In this document: one piece after another, positions 1 to 13,811 of the stretch
Numbering within the stretch: position 1 is the stretch's first letter
How the letters are laid out: each line of letters begins with the position of its first letter
Assembly: GCF_006345805.1 (NCBI RefSeq)
Contig: NC_043001.1
Coordinates: 98,766,001 to 98,830,000, forward strand
Reading direction: 5' to 3'
DNA: 64,000 bases
DNA from: Octopus sinensis
Lineage: Eukaryota
Translations under genes and position numbers: made by a program
The notes under the pieces: model-generated
What the model saw: only the letters and a program-made list of their open reading frames with translations
Databases searched by the model: none
What the model was told of the DNA's origin: nothing

Positions 1-644
1 CTCAACCAAACACTATTTTCTTTCTTTTTCCATTTCATTTCTTTTTTTTTTACAAAAATGGAGTTTAGTTGGCCAGGAATAAGATTCTGACAAACAGAAA
101 TATTTTTCAATGACAAGTATAGGCAACAACATTATATATACAATGTGTGTGTTATATATATATATATATATATACATATCAGTATGTGCATAAATACATA
201 TGCATATATGTGTATACATATATATAATCATATATATATATATTGAAGTATATAGTACTTTGCATATTTTATATATTTAATACATTGTATACATACAGAA
301 GTAATTTAATGAATACAGGAATTAAACATGAGGTACTTCAAGTTTCATCCTCTGAAAGTGCAATATTCATTAAATAATATTTCACTCTCACTGAATTGAG
401 TGCTGATCCTATCAACAAGTAAACAGTAACCTATATATATATATAAAGGTACGGTGAAATGAACAGAAATAGAACTCAATACATAAGAGGATGCACATGT
501 ATTTTTTAATCAGCTGTAATGTTAAAGACAGAAAGAGTTGAGAATGTCATGCATTGGTCTTATCAATGTGACTCTTCACCCCTCAGTCACTAATGTACCT
601 TTCACAGCCTCTTAAAAATAATATATATATATATATACACACAC

Positions 645-717
<73 letters not shown>

Positions 718-718
718 T

Positions 719-774
<56 letters not shown>

Positions 775-933
775 TACATATTTACATACATTGTTTGAAC
801 TTATTTCCATTTAGCAACACCACTTCTCACAGCCATAGTTCAAAACTTTAGAAAATACAGAGAAACAACTCCAAGAAATATTTGAAAATTAATATATCTT
901 ATATGAAAACAGCTTTATACATTCCTCATTTTT

Positions 934-982
<49 letters not shown>

Positions 983-3049
983 TGCTTCTTGTTTGTTTTT
1001 TTTTAAAGTTTTTAATTATTTTTCTTTGTTTTGTTTTTTTACTTTTAAAAGAAATCTTGAACTGTCTTTCAATCAATTCTATAAAATTGGCTTAGCAAGT
1101 GAAACTGCAAAATATTTATGGAGTGCTTTACAATATAGCAGTGGTGAGAAGGAATTGTTGAACACTGCTTCACTACCACCATCATGGCCATATCAAGGCC
1201 TGTACTGTCCAATTAATTCTCACCTCTTATGACAACACAAGCCAGTCAGTTTAACAGCAGTTTTTGGTTACAATGTCCCTATCCCCCAGCAAAACTCATT
1301 TGATTTGTTACTCAACTGGTCATCAAAAAAAAAAAAAAAAAAAAAAAAGGTTTGAAACTATAAATATGCAGTCATAGCACTGTAAATGGCAAGGTGTTGT
1401 TGCTTGTTATTGAACTATTACCTCTCACCCACCTTTGCTTGATCATACCAATGTCAAAGGGCTAACTGGCAAAGCATGGTGAAAAGAATGAGGGGCAAAT
1501 CTATAGGTCCAGCATTTTGAGCATTGAAAAAAAAAAGAATAATGTGATGTCACATGCAATTATAATTCTTAATTATAGTTAATATACTCAACATCACCCA
1601 CCCCACACCCTTTTACTTCTCTAGGATTTAGGTTTGAAACATGTGATACCTAACATTTAAAGGTGGCAGAGAGTTTATTGAGAAAAATTTGGCATCTGTA
1701 TTATGCAGGTCAAGTGACCTCATATAAATTCCTTTATGGCTGTTGAAAGGTCAAGTGATGTGTATATACGTGTGTATACACATACATGTTTTTGTGTGCA
1801 TGTGTGGCTGGCTAGACAGGTTGATAGATAAATGTGTGTATGAATGTATGAACATATACATGTATAAATATGCATTGGGTGGATAAAATATGAAATAAGT
1901 TTGTGTAGTTATTTGAAAGCAGAACAAAGCGAATTCATTGCCTAAGATTGAATTTTTAGGGATGGGAAGCCTAAAACAAAAAGAAAAAACAAAGAATATT
2001 GTATAATTCTTTCACTTTCTTTGTACTTTTTTGAGTTGTAGATATTATCAGAAAGTTTCATTCTGAACAAACACTGCAAAGTGAAACTTTCAACACAAAA
2101 AAAAAAATAATAATCATAATACTAACAATCGTTTCTATTATAGGCACAAGGCCTGAGATTTTGATTACAGCGATCCCAGAGCTCAACTGATAATTCATTG
2201 ACTCTGAAAGGATGACAGGCAAAGCCAACCTTGGTAGAACATAAAGACAAATGAAGTGCAGCTAAGTATTTTGTCTGACAACTGGCTGCCTTATGATGAT
2301 AATAACAACTAAGACATCTATCACAACTATATATGATACGTTCAATAAAGGGTAAAGCTACTGCTCAGAGTCCAATAGATATCAGTGCAGATAGATTTTG
2401 ATATCAGTGTAATTATTGGTCTTAATATATTCCAGCAAAGGTATAAAAGCTAAACAGATGTCAAGGCATTTGTTGGTCAAATTGCAGTAATTAGTCTAAC
2501 AGATATTAGTAAATCTATTTGTTAAGCAGATATTAGTGTAGCAGTTAGTTTAGTTTATAAAATTGATATTAGTGTAATGGATATTAAATACAGCTATTTG
2601 TCTAACAGATCTCTGTTGAAACACTGCTCTTAATGCATTTTAAAGCTGCTGGTCAGTAGTCATAATATTAGCTATTAAACACACACTTGTAGCCTCCACT
2701 ATTGACCATTGATCTATCTAGAGTTAACATTCACTAGCAAAAATTAATCAGCATCTTTCCCAATCTAATCCTCCTCATCATCACTAACTTTTTAGTGTCT
2801 ATTTTACTATGATATAGGTTGAATAGATTTTCATCAAGCCAAAAATTTGTCTTCAATGAAGTTAACATCCTGAAATCTGAACTCAATATTCTTTGTGCTT
2901 TCTTAGCACTTTCTGTCATGGCAGTGCTCCCACTTAAGTACTGTCTATGATCTTCACTCATAGATAAATGAATGCTCAAAGCCAATTTCTGCCACCAAAC
3001 CAGCTACAATGGCAGCATTCAGTTCTAGCCAGGCTAAATATTCACTGCA

Positions 3050-3440
3050 AAATATTGGTCAAAACACAATTGTGATGTCATTTCACAACCAGTCACTGAT
3101 TAAAACACACTTGTGATGTCATTTTACTGCCAGTCATTGGTCAAAATACAGTGGAGATGCTATATCACTGCCAATCATTGGTCAAAACACAGTGGTGATG
3201 TCATTTCTCTGCCAGTCATTGGTCATATAGTGGTGATTTCATTTCACTGAGTCATTGATCAAAACACAGTGGTGATGTCATTTCACTACCAGTCATTGGT
3301 CATATAGTGGTGATGCCATTTCACTGCCAGTTGTTGGTCAACACATAGAGATGCCATTTCACTGTCAGTCATTGATCAAAACAGTGATGTCATTTCATTG
3401 CCAGTTTCTGGTCAAAACACAGTGAGATGTCATTGGTCCA
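3050..3440. repeat. ~38-40 bp minisatellite, about 10 diverged copies
   Basis: Repeating unit approximately CAGTCATTGGTCAAAACACAGTGGTGATGTCATTTCACTGC. Confidence 0.85.
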
Positions 3441-3679
3441 GTAGACACTATCGCTGTAATTAACACAACTAAATACAGATCACTTATTAAAAGAGATTGA
3501 GTTAATTGACAAAAGAAAATGTAGGATGATGGATACAATAAAAGACTAGGAAAACATTGCATGTAAGGTGCCAAATGTCTTAATCAAACAGCCAGTAAAC
3601 TGCTTTTACTCTACAAAACCTAGAAAGACTTAAAGGAATAACATATTAAACAGTAACAGAGATGATGGTGATGATAATA

Positions 3680-4705
3680 ATTGGTTCTGAATTAAGCATA
3701 AGGCCTGAAATTTGGAGGAAAGGGTTAGTCAAACTGACCCAGTTCTTTACTAATACTTTATCTTAAAGGAATGAAAAGCAAAGCTGAGTTCTAAAGGATT
3801 TGAACTCAGAATGTAAAGAGCCGGAGCAAATATTACATATTTTCTCTGCTACTCTAACAACTCTGCCAATCCACTAATATTATTAATAATAATGGTTCTA
3901 ATTTAGGCATAAGGTTTGATATTTCAAGACAAGGGTGAGTCAATCTATTATTGCCCTTAAAAATAATTCTTTCTACTATAGGCACATGGAGGCCTAATAT
4001 TTTGGGGGAAGGAGTTAGTCAATTACATCAATCCCAATGTGCAACCTGTAATTATTTTATCAACCCTGAAAGAATGAAAGGTAAAGTCAACTTTGTCAGG
4101 ATTTGAACTCAGAACACAGTCAGAAGAAACACCACTAAGCATTGTGCCTGGCCTGCAAATGATTGAGCCAGCCCACTGCCTTTAAAGGATGAAAGGCAAA
4201 TTTGACTGCAATGGAATTTGAACTCAGAACGTAAAACCAGAATAAATGCTGCTATGCATTTTGTCCAACACATTAATGATTCTATCAGCTTGGTGCCACC
4301 TTAATAATAATTATTATTATTTCTAATTTAAGCATAAAACTAGTAGTTTTGAGGAGGAAGATTGGTTGATTATCACTGACTTCATTAAGTGGCTGGTACT
4401 TTATTTTATCGACCCCAAAAGAATGAAAAGTAAAATTGATCTTGGTGAAATCTGAACCTAGAATGTAGAGTTATGCAACTGCAGCAGCAGCAATAATAAT
4501 AATAATCCTTTCTACTGAAGGCACAAAGCCTGAAATTTAGTGGGAGGGGCTAGTTAATTACATTGACCCCAGTACTCAACAGGTACTTATTTCATGGACC
4601 CCAAAAGCATGAAAGGCAGCATTTGAACTCAGAATGTAAAAACAAGAAAATACTGCTAAGAATTTTGCTTGGCATGCTAATGATTCTGCCAGCTCACTAC
4701 CTTAA
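3680..4705 (-). mobile_element. Head-to-tail cluster of ~5 tRNA-derived SINE copies separated by (TAA)n
   Basis: Repeated blocks AGGCCTGAAATTT...GAAAGGATGAAAGGCAAAGTC...TTTGAACTCAGAA (antisense B box)...GATTCTGCCAGCTC. Same family as the clean copy at 28118-28349. Confidence 0.8.
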
Positions 4706-5236
4706 TAATAATAATAATAATAATAACGACAACTAAAACAAACCAACCAAATTAATTTGGGAATCATACAAATAACATACTGAGTGCTAAAATTATCTGA
4801 AAGGTCACTCAAACAAAACATGAAATCATACAAATAAAAAAAAATAATGGAAATGAATGTCTTAAATTTTTTTCCAAAATATATTTTGTTTTTTTTTTCT
4901 TGTTTAATTTCAAATTATTGACACCAACAAACAAAAAATACAAAAATATAAAACATATCACTTACATAAGAAACAAATGTTATTCAAAATGTTGTGTGTG
5001 TGTGTGTGTGTATACATCTATTAAGCTAATACTGAAACTTTTTCATATTGAAAAGAAACTTAACATATATATACATGTACATACACATATATACACATGT
5101 GTGTATGTATGTATATATATATATATACACACACACACAAATACATACATATGTGTTTATGTGTATATATATATGTATATATACATATACACACACATGT
5201 ATATATACACATACAAACATACATCTATATACATAG

Positions 5237-5279
<43 letters not shown>

Positions 5280-6158
5280 TATACATGCTATGTGTATACA
5301 CACACATATAAGCATTCATGTGAGTGTTTACATACAAACATGCACACATACATTCATACATACAAACATATATACACCAGTTGAAGGATTAACAGGTGTA
5401 CTATCTGTGTCCATGGCTATCACAGTTCATCCACATTGTACACTGCTAGCTCTTTACAAGTTACCACTTGGGGTTACTATATACTAGTGCTCAGTGTTAT
5501 TAGCATGTAGTATTCAGCATAGATCTCTGCAAACTAGGTAGGAACAAAGACTTTGTGGTCTATATTGTCATTTGCTCTGCTAGAAATAGCAGCCAAATCT
5601 CTCTTGAATACCCAACTTCAATATGGAAAAAAACCCCACTAAATCTGCATAGTCCTAAAAAAAGACGGTATGGTCACAAGGCATAGGTTAGCTTAGTCAT
5701 AGCAAACCCAGAAAGGCTAAACAACAACAGCCTTTCATAAAATGACTGCTCAGCAAGGAAACAGAAGTGTTTCTCACTCAACTTCTAGGAAAATGATAAG
5801 TCACAGTATATCATGTCCTGATAATTACAAATGGATACACATATTAATAAGATATATATATATATATATATATCTCATCATATATATATATATATATATA
5901 CACACACACTACACAGATTCACACATTGCTTATTAGGTGGGTTAAGTTGGTGTTTTTTTTGTGTACAGTTTTAAACAAGATAAAAAAGTTATCATAAAAT
6001 GAACTAAAAAATATATGCAGTACTTTGGGAAGATTGGGAGAAACAGGATTGAATATTTAAATAAATACATGTACTAAATGGACAAACAAACATACATAGA
6101 TATGTACATACAACAATAAACAGCAAATCAGCAGAAATTTACATACACACACACTCAC

Positions 6159-6189
<31 letters not shown>

Positions 6190-6222
6190 CATGTGGTTGT
6201 ATCTATATACAAAAACTATTAC

Positions 6223-6264
<42 letters not shown>

Positions 6265-6856
6265 AGTATGAACAAAAAGTATTCACACACTAACTAAAGT
6301 ACTCAGTACTTCAATTAGTGGAGTTAAATATATTAGTTTACAGGTTTACAAATCTGTTTCGATTTCTTTGGAATTATTGAGAAAGAAGTTCATGTGTGGG
6401 TCAATGTAATAGTTTAGAAGGAAAGAAATCAAGGATTAAGTGTAAATATATGATGAAGCAGGTGATGATAACTTTCATTGAAGGGAGTAATATAATTTAA
6501 AATTATGGCTGCTAAGTCTTTATGTATTTAGGGGTGGACCTACCATTTAATGTTTAACACTGGAGCTAAGGGATGAGAGAGAATCTGATCAGATCATGCC
6601 TTATGTATCAGATAGAATTCAATTCATCTTAAAGAACGTATTAACAGAAATATATGGAAAAAAATTTTTGACTAAATATTACAGAAAGATTAGAGAAGCA
6701 AAAGTGATCTAAGTTCTATCAAAAATTGTTAAAGTAAAACATTAAACTGTCAATACTTATGCTATGTATGTTAAAGATGTAAGAAGTTTAAAATTGATAA
6801 TACTGATATACAAAGAAAGAATCATAAATGAAAATCTTAAATTTCTATAAAAAGAT

Positions 6857-7058
6857 ATTAACCTTTTTGATACTAACCCATCTCTATAATTCAAACTTTA
6901 TGTTTTAAAGAGAACCTAATTAAAAACTTCTATCAAAGTTTCATGCTAGTTTTTGTTCTAAACACCAGCTTAATAATGAAAATGTTATTTTACTAAATTC
7001 TTCATTATTTAAGTAAAGGCAGTATATTTCAACAAAAATATGGTAACAAAAGGGCTAG
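6857..7058. mobile_element. Putative piggyBac-like MITE (related partial inverted copy at ~19541-19685)
   Basis: Begins TTAACCTTTTTG and ends ACAAAAGGGCTAG. The internal sequence is the reverse complement of 19541-19685, which starts TTAACCCTTTTGTTACCA. Confidence 0.5.
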
Positions 7059-8937
7059 ATAAAAAGATAAAAATAAAATAATAGTCTTAGGTACCATGCT
7101 TAAAGATTACAACTATCGAAATCAGGAAATTCAGGCTTAACTAACTTGGAAGTATCAGGCCTGAAGTAGAGAGTTTGTTTTAAGAAGAGATAAGTACTGT
7201 ACATAAAGACAATATTTTAGCAAAGGAAGAATGTGATGCATTGAGAGCAACAACACATATACAGGTCTAAATAACAAACAAAGCAGGTGGAAATACACAA
7301 GAATAAAACAATGAAAGATGTAAACAAACAAATCTACCAGTTAAATCAGTGATGCTAACAAACTGATCAAAGTACTCAATGTTAAACAACATGAAAACAG
7401 GTCAGCACTTATATACTTCTGTAATGGCACAGAAAATCACTGTGACATACACAAATCATCAGCATTTTAATGTATACTCTTTCATAAATCAGACAGAAAT
7501 ATATTGGGGTAGAGTTGGCTGGAGGTTCTCCCTGTCACCAACCACCACTGGTTTCCAAGCAAAGTAATAATCTCAGTCTATTGAACAACACCATGTGTAT
7601 TGGCCTTTTGTTTACAAAGATCATGCAATGTGTCAAGAAGCCTAGACATGCCTTCACTGTGGACTGCAACTGAGACTGGTAGCAAAGCCATTGTTTACAA
7701 CCAATGAGCAAACACAAATGAAGACGCATACACTCACATTCTAAACATATCAAAATTGTGATATTTGACTGACAACTGATGAGGTGTTGAGCATGTCTGC
7801 ATCCATTGTTTTGTTGTTTCCCTTGTACCACATTATTACTATTATATATCATGCTTTTTCAGTATCATCTCTTCCAGTACACTCCTTCATGTTGCCAATG
7901 GCAGCCCTCCCCCATTATAACTGTTCATCACCCACCATTTCCACCCTCATATATGCGCATTTCTCTCTCTCACACTTCATGTCTTCTTCACTGCTACCGG
8001 TTACCTCTTAAACCCACACCTACTTCCTCCAGCTTTCCTTCCAAATGATATTCACAAATGAGCATGCTTTTACCGCTCATTGCATTCCTCTCTATCCCCA
8101 TATCTGTCCATCTGCCACTCACTTCACACACTATCATGAACTTACTCACCCATACCACTAGGTATGCCCTGACACATCTTCACCACCATCCTCTTTCTTT
8201 TCCAACTGGAGCAACCATGTATCTCCCCTACAGCAAGACACCTGCTTCATGTCCCTCAATTATACTTTAACTTCTTACCCCCTGGCATAAAGCTACCTTC
8301 CGCAATACTGCTCCTTCATTTAGTTAAGGTGTCTTGTGAGTTACTTGATGACCTTACTAATGCTTGGTGCTATTTAAAAACCACCAAATACACTCTGTAA
8401 AGTGGTTGGCATCCAGCCATAGAAACCATAACAAAGTAGACCCTGGAATTGGGTGCAATCCCCTGTTGACTAGCTCCTGCCAAACTGTCCAACCCATGCC
8501 AGCATGAAAAACAAATGCTAAATGACGATAATTTAATATATTATATATATATGCACACACACATACATACATATAACAGGCTTTTTTCAGTTTCCATCTA
8601 TTAAATCCACTTGCAAGGCTTTGATTGGCCTGAGGCTATAGTAGAAGACAGTTGCTCAATGCTTCATGCAATGGGACTGGCCCTGAAACCACATGGTTGG
8701 GAAGCAAACTTTTTTAACCACAGAATTATACTGTTCCTGCATAAATGTACACAGATGCACACAAATGTAAAGAGACGTGTGTGTGTGTGTACATGCATAT
8801 ATATATAGATACAACAAATCAATGAACATGTGCCTGTATGTGTGTGTGTATGTATATATATATACATATATATACACAGAGATTATTCAGATAGCTATAT
8901 GTATGAATATATACACAAACAAAATATAAAAACATAC

Positions 8938-8972
<35 letters not shown>

Positions 8973-9087
8973 CTCAAAGTAACAGGTTTTGTTGAATTTT
9001 CTGCTGCTTTAAATAAAGCATATTACTCGATCACTGGTATTTGAGTACTCTTTCTTCCACCTTGTTTCACATTTATGTGTTTACTCT

Positions 9088-9136
<49 letters not shown>

Positions 9137-9477
9137 CCACACATACACTGTCACAAGAATACATTTAAACAGGCCATATCCAGCCCATATTTTCTATCTG
9201 TTTTATATTCAAACTGGCCAGACCTAGCCTCCACCTACCTTAAAATGCCATTCTATAAATAAACAATCACATCATCATCTCAAAGCAATGAAATAATATA
9301 TGATTAATTCAAAATAACGTGAATAAATATTACATTTGACAGAATAACCTGAAAAGTTAATCAGATTCAGAATCACACATACAGTAATTTTAAACATAAA
9401 CACAGACGTGTGGACATAATATTATTTCACAAACGAAATACTTCAATATAAAGTTTTCCTACAATTTTTTTTCAATA

Positions 9478-9810
9478 GGTATGGCTGTGTTTTAAGGAGT
9501 TTGCTTTCCAACCACATGGTTCTAGGTTTAGTCCCACTGTGTAGCACCTTGGGCAAGTGTCTTGTTAGTGGATTTAGTAGATGGAAACTGAAAGAAGGCC
9601 ATTGTATATGTTTCTGTTTGTTCCCCACTACAACTTGACAACTGGTAACGGTTTGTTTACATCTGCATAACTTAGTGATTCGGGCAAAAGAAACCAATAG
9701 GATAAGTACCAAATTTTTAAAAAAAAAGTATAGGGGTCGACTTCTTTGGCTAAATCCTTCAAAGCAGTGGCCCCGCATGGCCATATAGTCCAATGACAGA
9801 AACAAATAAA
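9478..9810 (+). mobile_element. tRNA-derived SINE (second family; other copies near 23722, 34052, 56146 plus and 8580, 29850, 37750 minus)
   Basis: TGGCTGTGT...TTGCTTTCCAACCACATGGTTC...CCCACTG...CACCTTGGGCAAGTGTCTT head and shared GGAAACTGAAAGAAG body recur many times in the window. Confidence 0.75.
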
Positions 9811-11153
9811 AGCTAGTCATTTAGTATCATTAATTCCCTATAACTTATCTAACATATTTCTTACCTTATCGAATCTAAGTACTTTTTGACATTTTTACTA
9901 TTTTTTTCTCATCAAATTTTAGCAGAATTTTAATCACTTTTGCTACCCTGATTTAAAACATTTGGTCAAAAAACGTTTTAGCAACATATTTCTAGAGTTG
10001 CATTCTTTAAGTTGATTTATCTCATTATGTATTCAATCAGGTTGAAGTCTCTCTTTTGCTTTGACTCATGTATTTCATGATAAACATTAAACAGTGAATC
10101 TACTTCTTAATGTGAACTAAAACAGGCATAATTTTAAATTAAGCCACTCCTTTCAACAGAAGGTATCACCACCACTTCAACCTTACACTTGATTTCTTCA
10201 TGCCTTTCTTCTAAACTATTTCTTCAACTCAGACAGATTTTTTTCCTCAGTTTTGAAGGAATCAGAATGATCAAAATAAATTTGTAAATCCATAAAAATG
10301 ATCACTATATTTGTAAACCTGTAAAAATGATCAAAACAAATTCTTATACCTATGAACTGATGTAGTCATATATACATACACACACACGTGTGTGTGTTAT
10401 CACTAGAAAGCACCAAAATAGAGGACAGGGAGGGAAAAATAGAGATTTTAAATCAGTTCCAATAAATTAAATTAATACTTTGACAGAGCGTGCAAATTGT
10501 GAGATTTGAAGTGATGGTGTATGAATGTTCATTTCAGGCTAAATTTTCTTTTATGATTTGAGCTTGAGTCTTTGATAACGATTGGTGTGCCTGCTTGACA
10601 ATAATAGTGATGCTGCCCAATTTTACTAATCTATCTCCTAAGTGTGACCAGATTGAAGTTTGGGGGCTTGAACCAGCCATTTGTAAACCAATTTTTATCT
10701 CATCCTCTCTTTTATTTCATAATCTGTTTTTCATTTACAATTGACTAATCATGATACAATAATCAAATGCATTTTTAATTTGTAGTTAGTTTAATGCTAG
10801 TTTTTTTCTTTTTAAGAAATAAAAATAGAACAAATAAATAAAGGAGAGACATAGTCTATTTCCTGTATTTGAATATGAAATATTGTTTTAGTTGCTATTT
10901 TATTTTTACCCACCTATTCAGCGTTATCACCAGATAACAAATGATGCTGGTGTCCAGCAATGCCAATTTAAAAACCCATTTCACCATGTCAAATCCATGG
11001 ATTATACATATCAAAATTTAGAGCTAACCCTATGAACATCCAGAGCAGTTATCAGCAACATAAATCTCCTCAAGATGAAATCTTGTTTCCATTATATATA
11101 AACACACACATACATTTGTGTATATGTATACTTATGCATGTGAACATGCATGC

Positions 11154-11189
<36 letters not shown>

Positions 11190-11795
11190 TAAAACACCTC
11201 CTTTGAACCACTGATAATAGATTATGCATTTAGAATAATGTTTTATACAGGGGGGTTATGGATTGAAAGGGTAAATTCAGCTTGAATTTTTCTGTAAAAT
11301 TACAGATAGAAAAACAAAACACTTATCACAAACACAGCTAGTTATCCAGTAATTCATAATATAAGGATATCACTTGAAACTCTCAGTAGAAAACCAAGAA
11401 AAAAAAAAGAGAGAGAAACAAACAGAGAAAATATCAAGATATTATGGACTAGCACCCTTACAACCATGGCAGAATTATTTCACGTGTCCAACACCTTCAA
11501 CCAAATGATTAACTTCTCACTCTTTGTTGGAGGACCAGGTTTTCAAACATAATTACTCTGAGTGAAAACTCATTTTGGCAGAGAATTTTTGTGTAAAAGA
11601 CTGAAACTGTGATATGCAGTTACCTACAGGTTACCAGATTCTTTAAAAAAATTGTTTTCAAGATAAAAATTAAATGCAAGGAAAAAAAATGTCTCTGAAA
11701 TAGAAATATATATGTATATATATATTATATATATGTTTATATTAGCATCTCTTCTATAGCCAATTGGAAAGACTAGTAAGTATCAAGTTTACTTG

Positions 11796-13779
11796 TTACA
11801 AAAGTATACTGTACATTGGCTTACTTTCAGTATTCACTTGTGGGATACCATTCACAACAGCTGCAGCTGGTGCTGCTACTGCTGCTGCTCCCACATCCCT
11901 GCCTTGATCAGAAACTTCAATAACCTCTCCATTGTCACAGTTCACAGCAGCCACTACAACAGCTGGTTCAATGTGATTGTTTTCATTTGGGATTTCTAAA
12001 TTGGGAACAGGTTCAAGACCAGCGTCCTGCTCCTGCTTGTTAAGGACTTTTGATTCAGCCCCTGCAATTTCAATAATGTCTACAGTGGCAGGGATCAAAA
12101 GGGGCTCCAGTGCAACTGGGACCTCTTCAACAGAGTTTGTTCGAGTGTTATGTCTTGAAGGTGACAACAATGGAGGGGGTAGTGTAGGTGAAGGAGTATG
12201 TCTAAATGGAACGTCTTTGCTCCTGATAATATCAGTGTTCACATATTTTGATGCAGAAGAACTAAACAATTCAGGTGAATTTGTATTCTCTTGTAACTGG
12301 ATGGTGTTTTTGGCCACAATAGCTGTTTGTAATGAGCCCAAGGAAGTTCTACTGCTTGGTAACATTCCTTGAGCAACAGTTGATAATGAGGAGGTTCCTG
12401 ATGCAAGGCTACTTGAACTACAAGATTTATTCACAGTCAATGGAGAAATTCTTGCCATTGGCACAACCACAGTGTTGGCCTCAGAGATGTTCATGTAGGC
12501 TTGTTCACTTGACACCAGTTTTCTAGTAACATCAGCAGCAAGAGTAAAGGTAGGTCTTTCTGTTAACTCTCTGCCAGCACAAGACATTGAACTTCCAGAC
12601 GACATCAAAGAAGAAGGTGTTGAACAAGATGACGAGATTTCATTGCTGTATAATGGTTCACTATCATCATGGTCATCACTGTCATTATGCTCCACACTTT
12701 TCCTTGTGCCATTTGACCAGCTGGTAGTTGTTGATACATGGGGTGTAGAAACAGTTGGTACAGCACTTGTACCATTAGTGGTTTGTGAAGAATCCTGGAG
12801 TGAAGCACGTTTCTTTTGTGGTGACTTCTCAAATAGTCTTGGAACATAACGTACTTCAGCAGCAGCACTGGAGGATACAATAAAAGCAGAACCTTCACGA
12901 TCATGATCAGAATTGGCTCGAATTTTTAGAATCTCTTCAGGCGCTACATGAATCTCATCTCTTGGGTTAACACTTTTATTTGTACTCACTCCAATCGAAT
13001 GAACTCCGGTAGATGATGTTCCTGATTTACGATTGGGTGATGGTGAGGCTTTTTTCATGTCATGCATACGCATTAGGTTGCTAGACTGAGATGGTGGACA
13101 CTGAAAAATGGAAGCAGGGGAAAACTCAGCAACAATTTTCTGCTGTGAATGTTCATGTGTGTCCCAATCTCGTACAGAAGATGGCATTTTTTGTTGCAAA
13201 GCAGCACGTTTCTTACTATCTGACCAACGGAAGTGGTGCAGTCTATCAGCTTGAGTTGAATTGGATTTGCGCTGTGATCTGTCTGAGCTGTAACGGATCA
13301 CTCCGGATTTTCCACATTCAAGTCTAGCTTTTGGACGACACACCAACAGAGGGTCTTTAGATTTGTCTTCTTTTGACCTGGAAGACCTTCCTTCAGACTT
13401 ATGAACAAGACACTCAGTGTGTTTACTACGTGAATGACCGTCCCTCAGGTGTTTCTCTGAATTCTCCATCATAGAGAGCTTTTCTGCAGCTTTCATACTC
13501 GCAGCTAGAGGATCAAACTCTTTAGCTGGAAGGATTATTTCTCTTTTGTTCCGGTTATAATGCTTAGAGCGATTGCCAGAAGATAGTGTCTCTTTTGATA
13601 ATGGCACCAACTTGACTCCACTGCAATCTGAATGGGAGCTTACTTGGTTCTGAGAGGAAGTGCCAATCATGTCTTGGCATTCACTTACTAAATTTTTGTC
13701 TGTAACCCTGTGTGAAACTTTTGTAGGCTCACATTTAGCAGACAGTGAAGTTGAAATAGTTTGTTTTTGTGAACGTTGA

Positions 13780-13811
<32 letters not shown>

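Noticed and set aside
545-582. Hammerhead-like GGTGAAGAGTC...GACCAATGCAT on minus
   Set aside because: C3 and GAAA are both missing; too degenerate to call.
2734-2985. 83-aa non-repetitive ORF
   Set aside because: Non-ATG start, no recognisable motif or splice support.
3050-3440. CRISPR-like periodicity
   Set aside because: Contiguous tandem units without unique spacers, no cas genes, eukaryotic context.
4900-5487. ORFs rich in Y/I/H/T/C/V (also near 35.5k, 40k, 45.5k, 50.3k, 63.5k)
   Set aside because: Translations of (TA)n/(CA)n/(TATG)n microsatellites, not genes.
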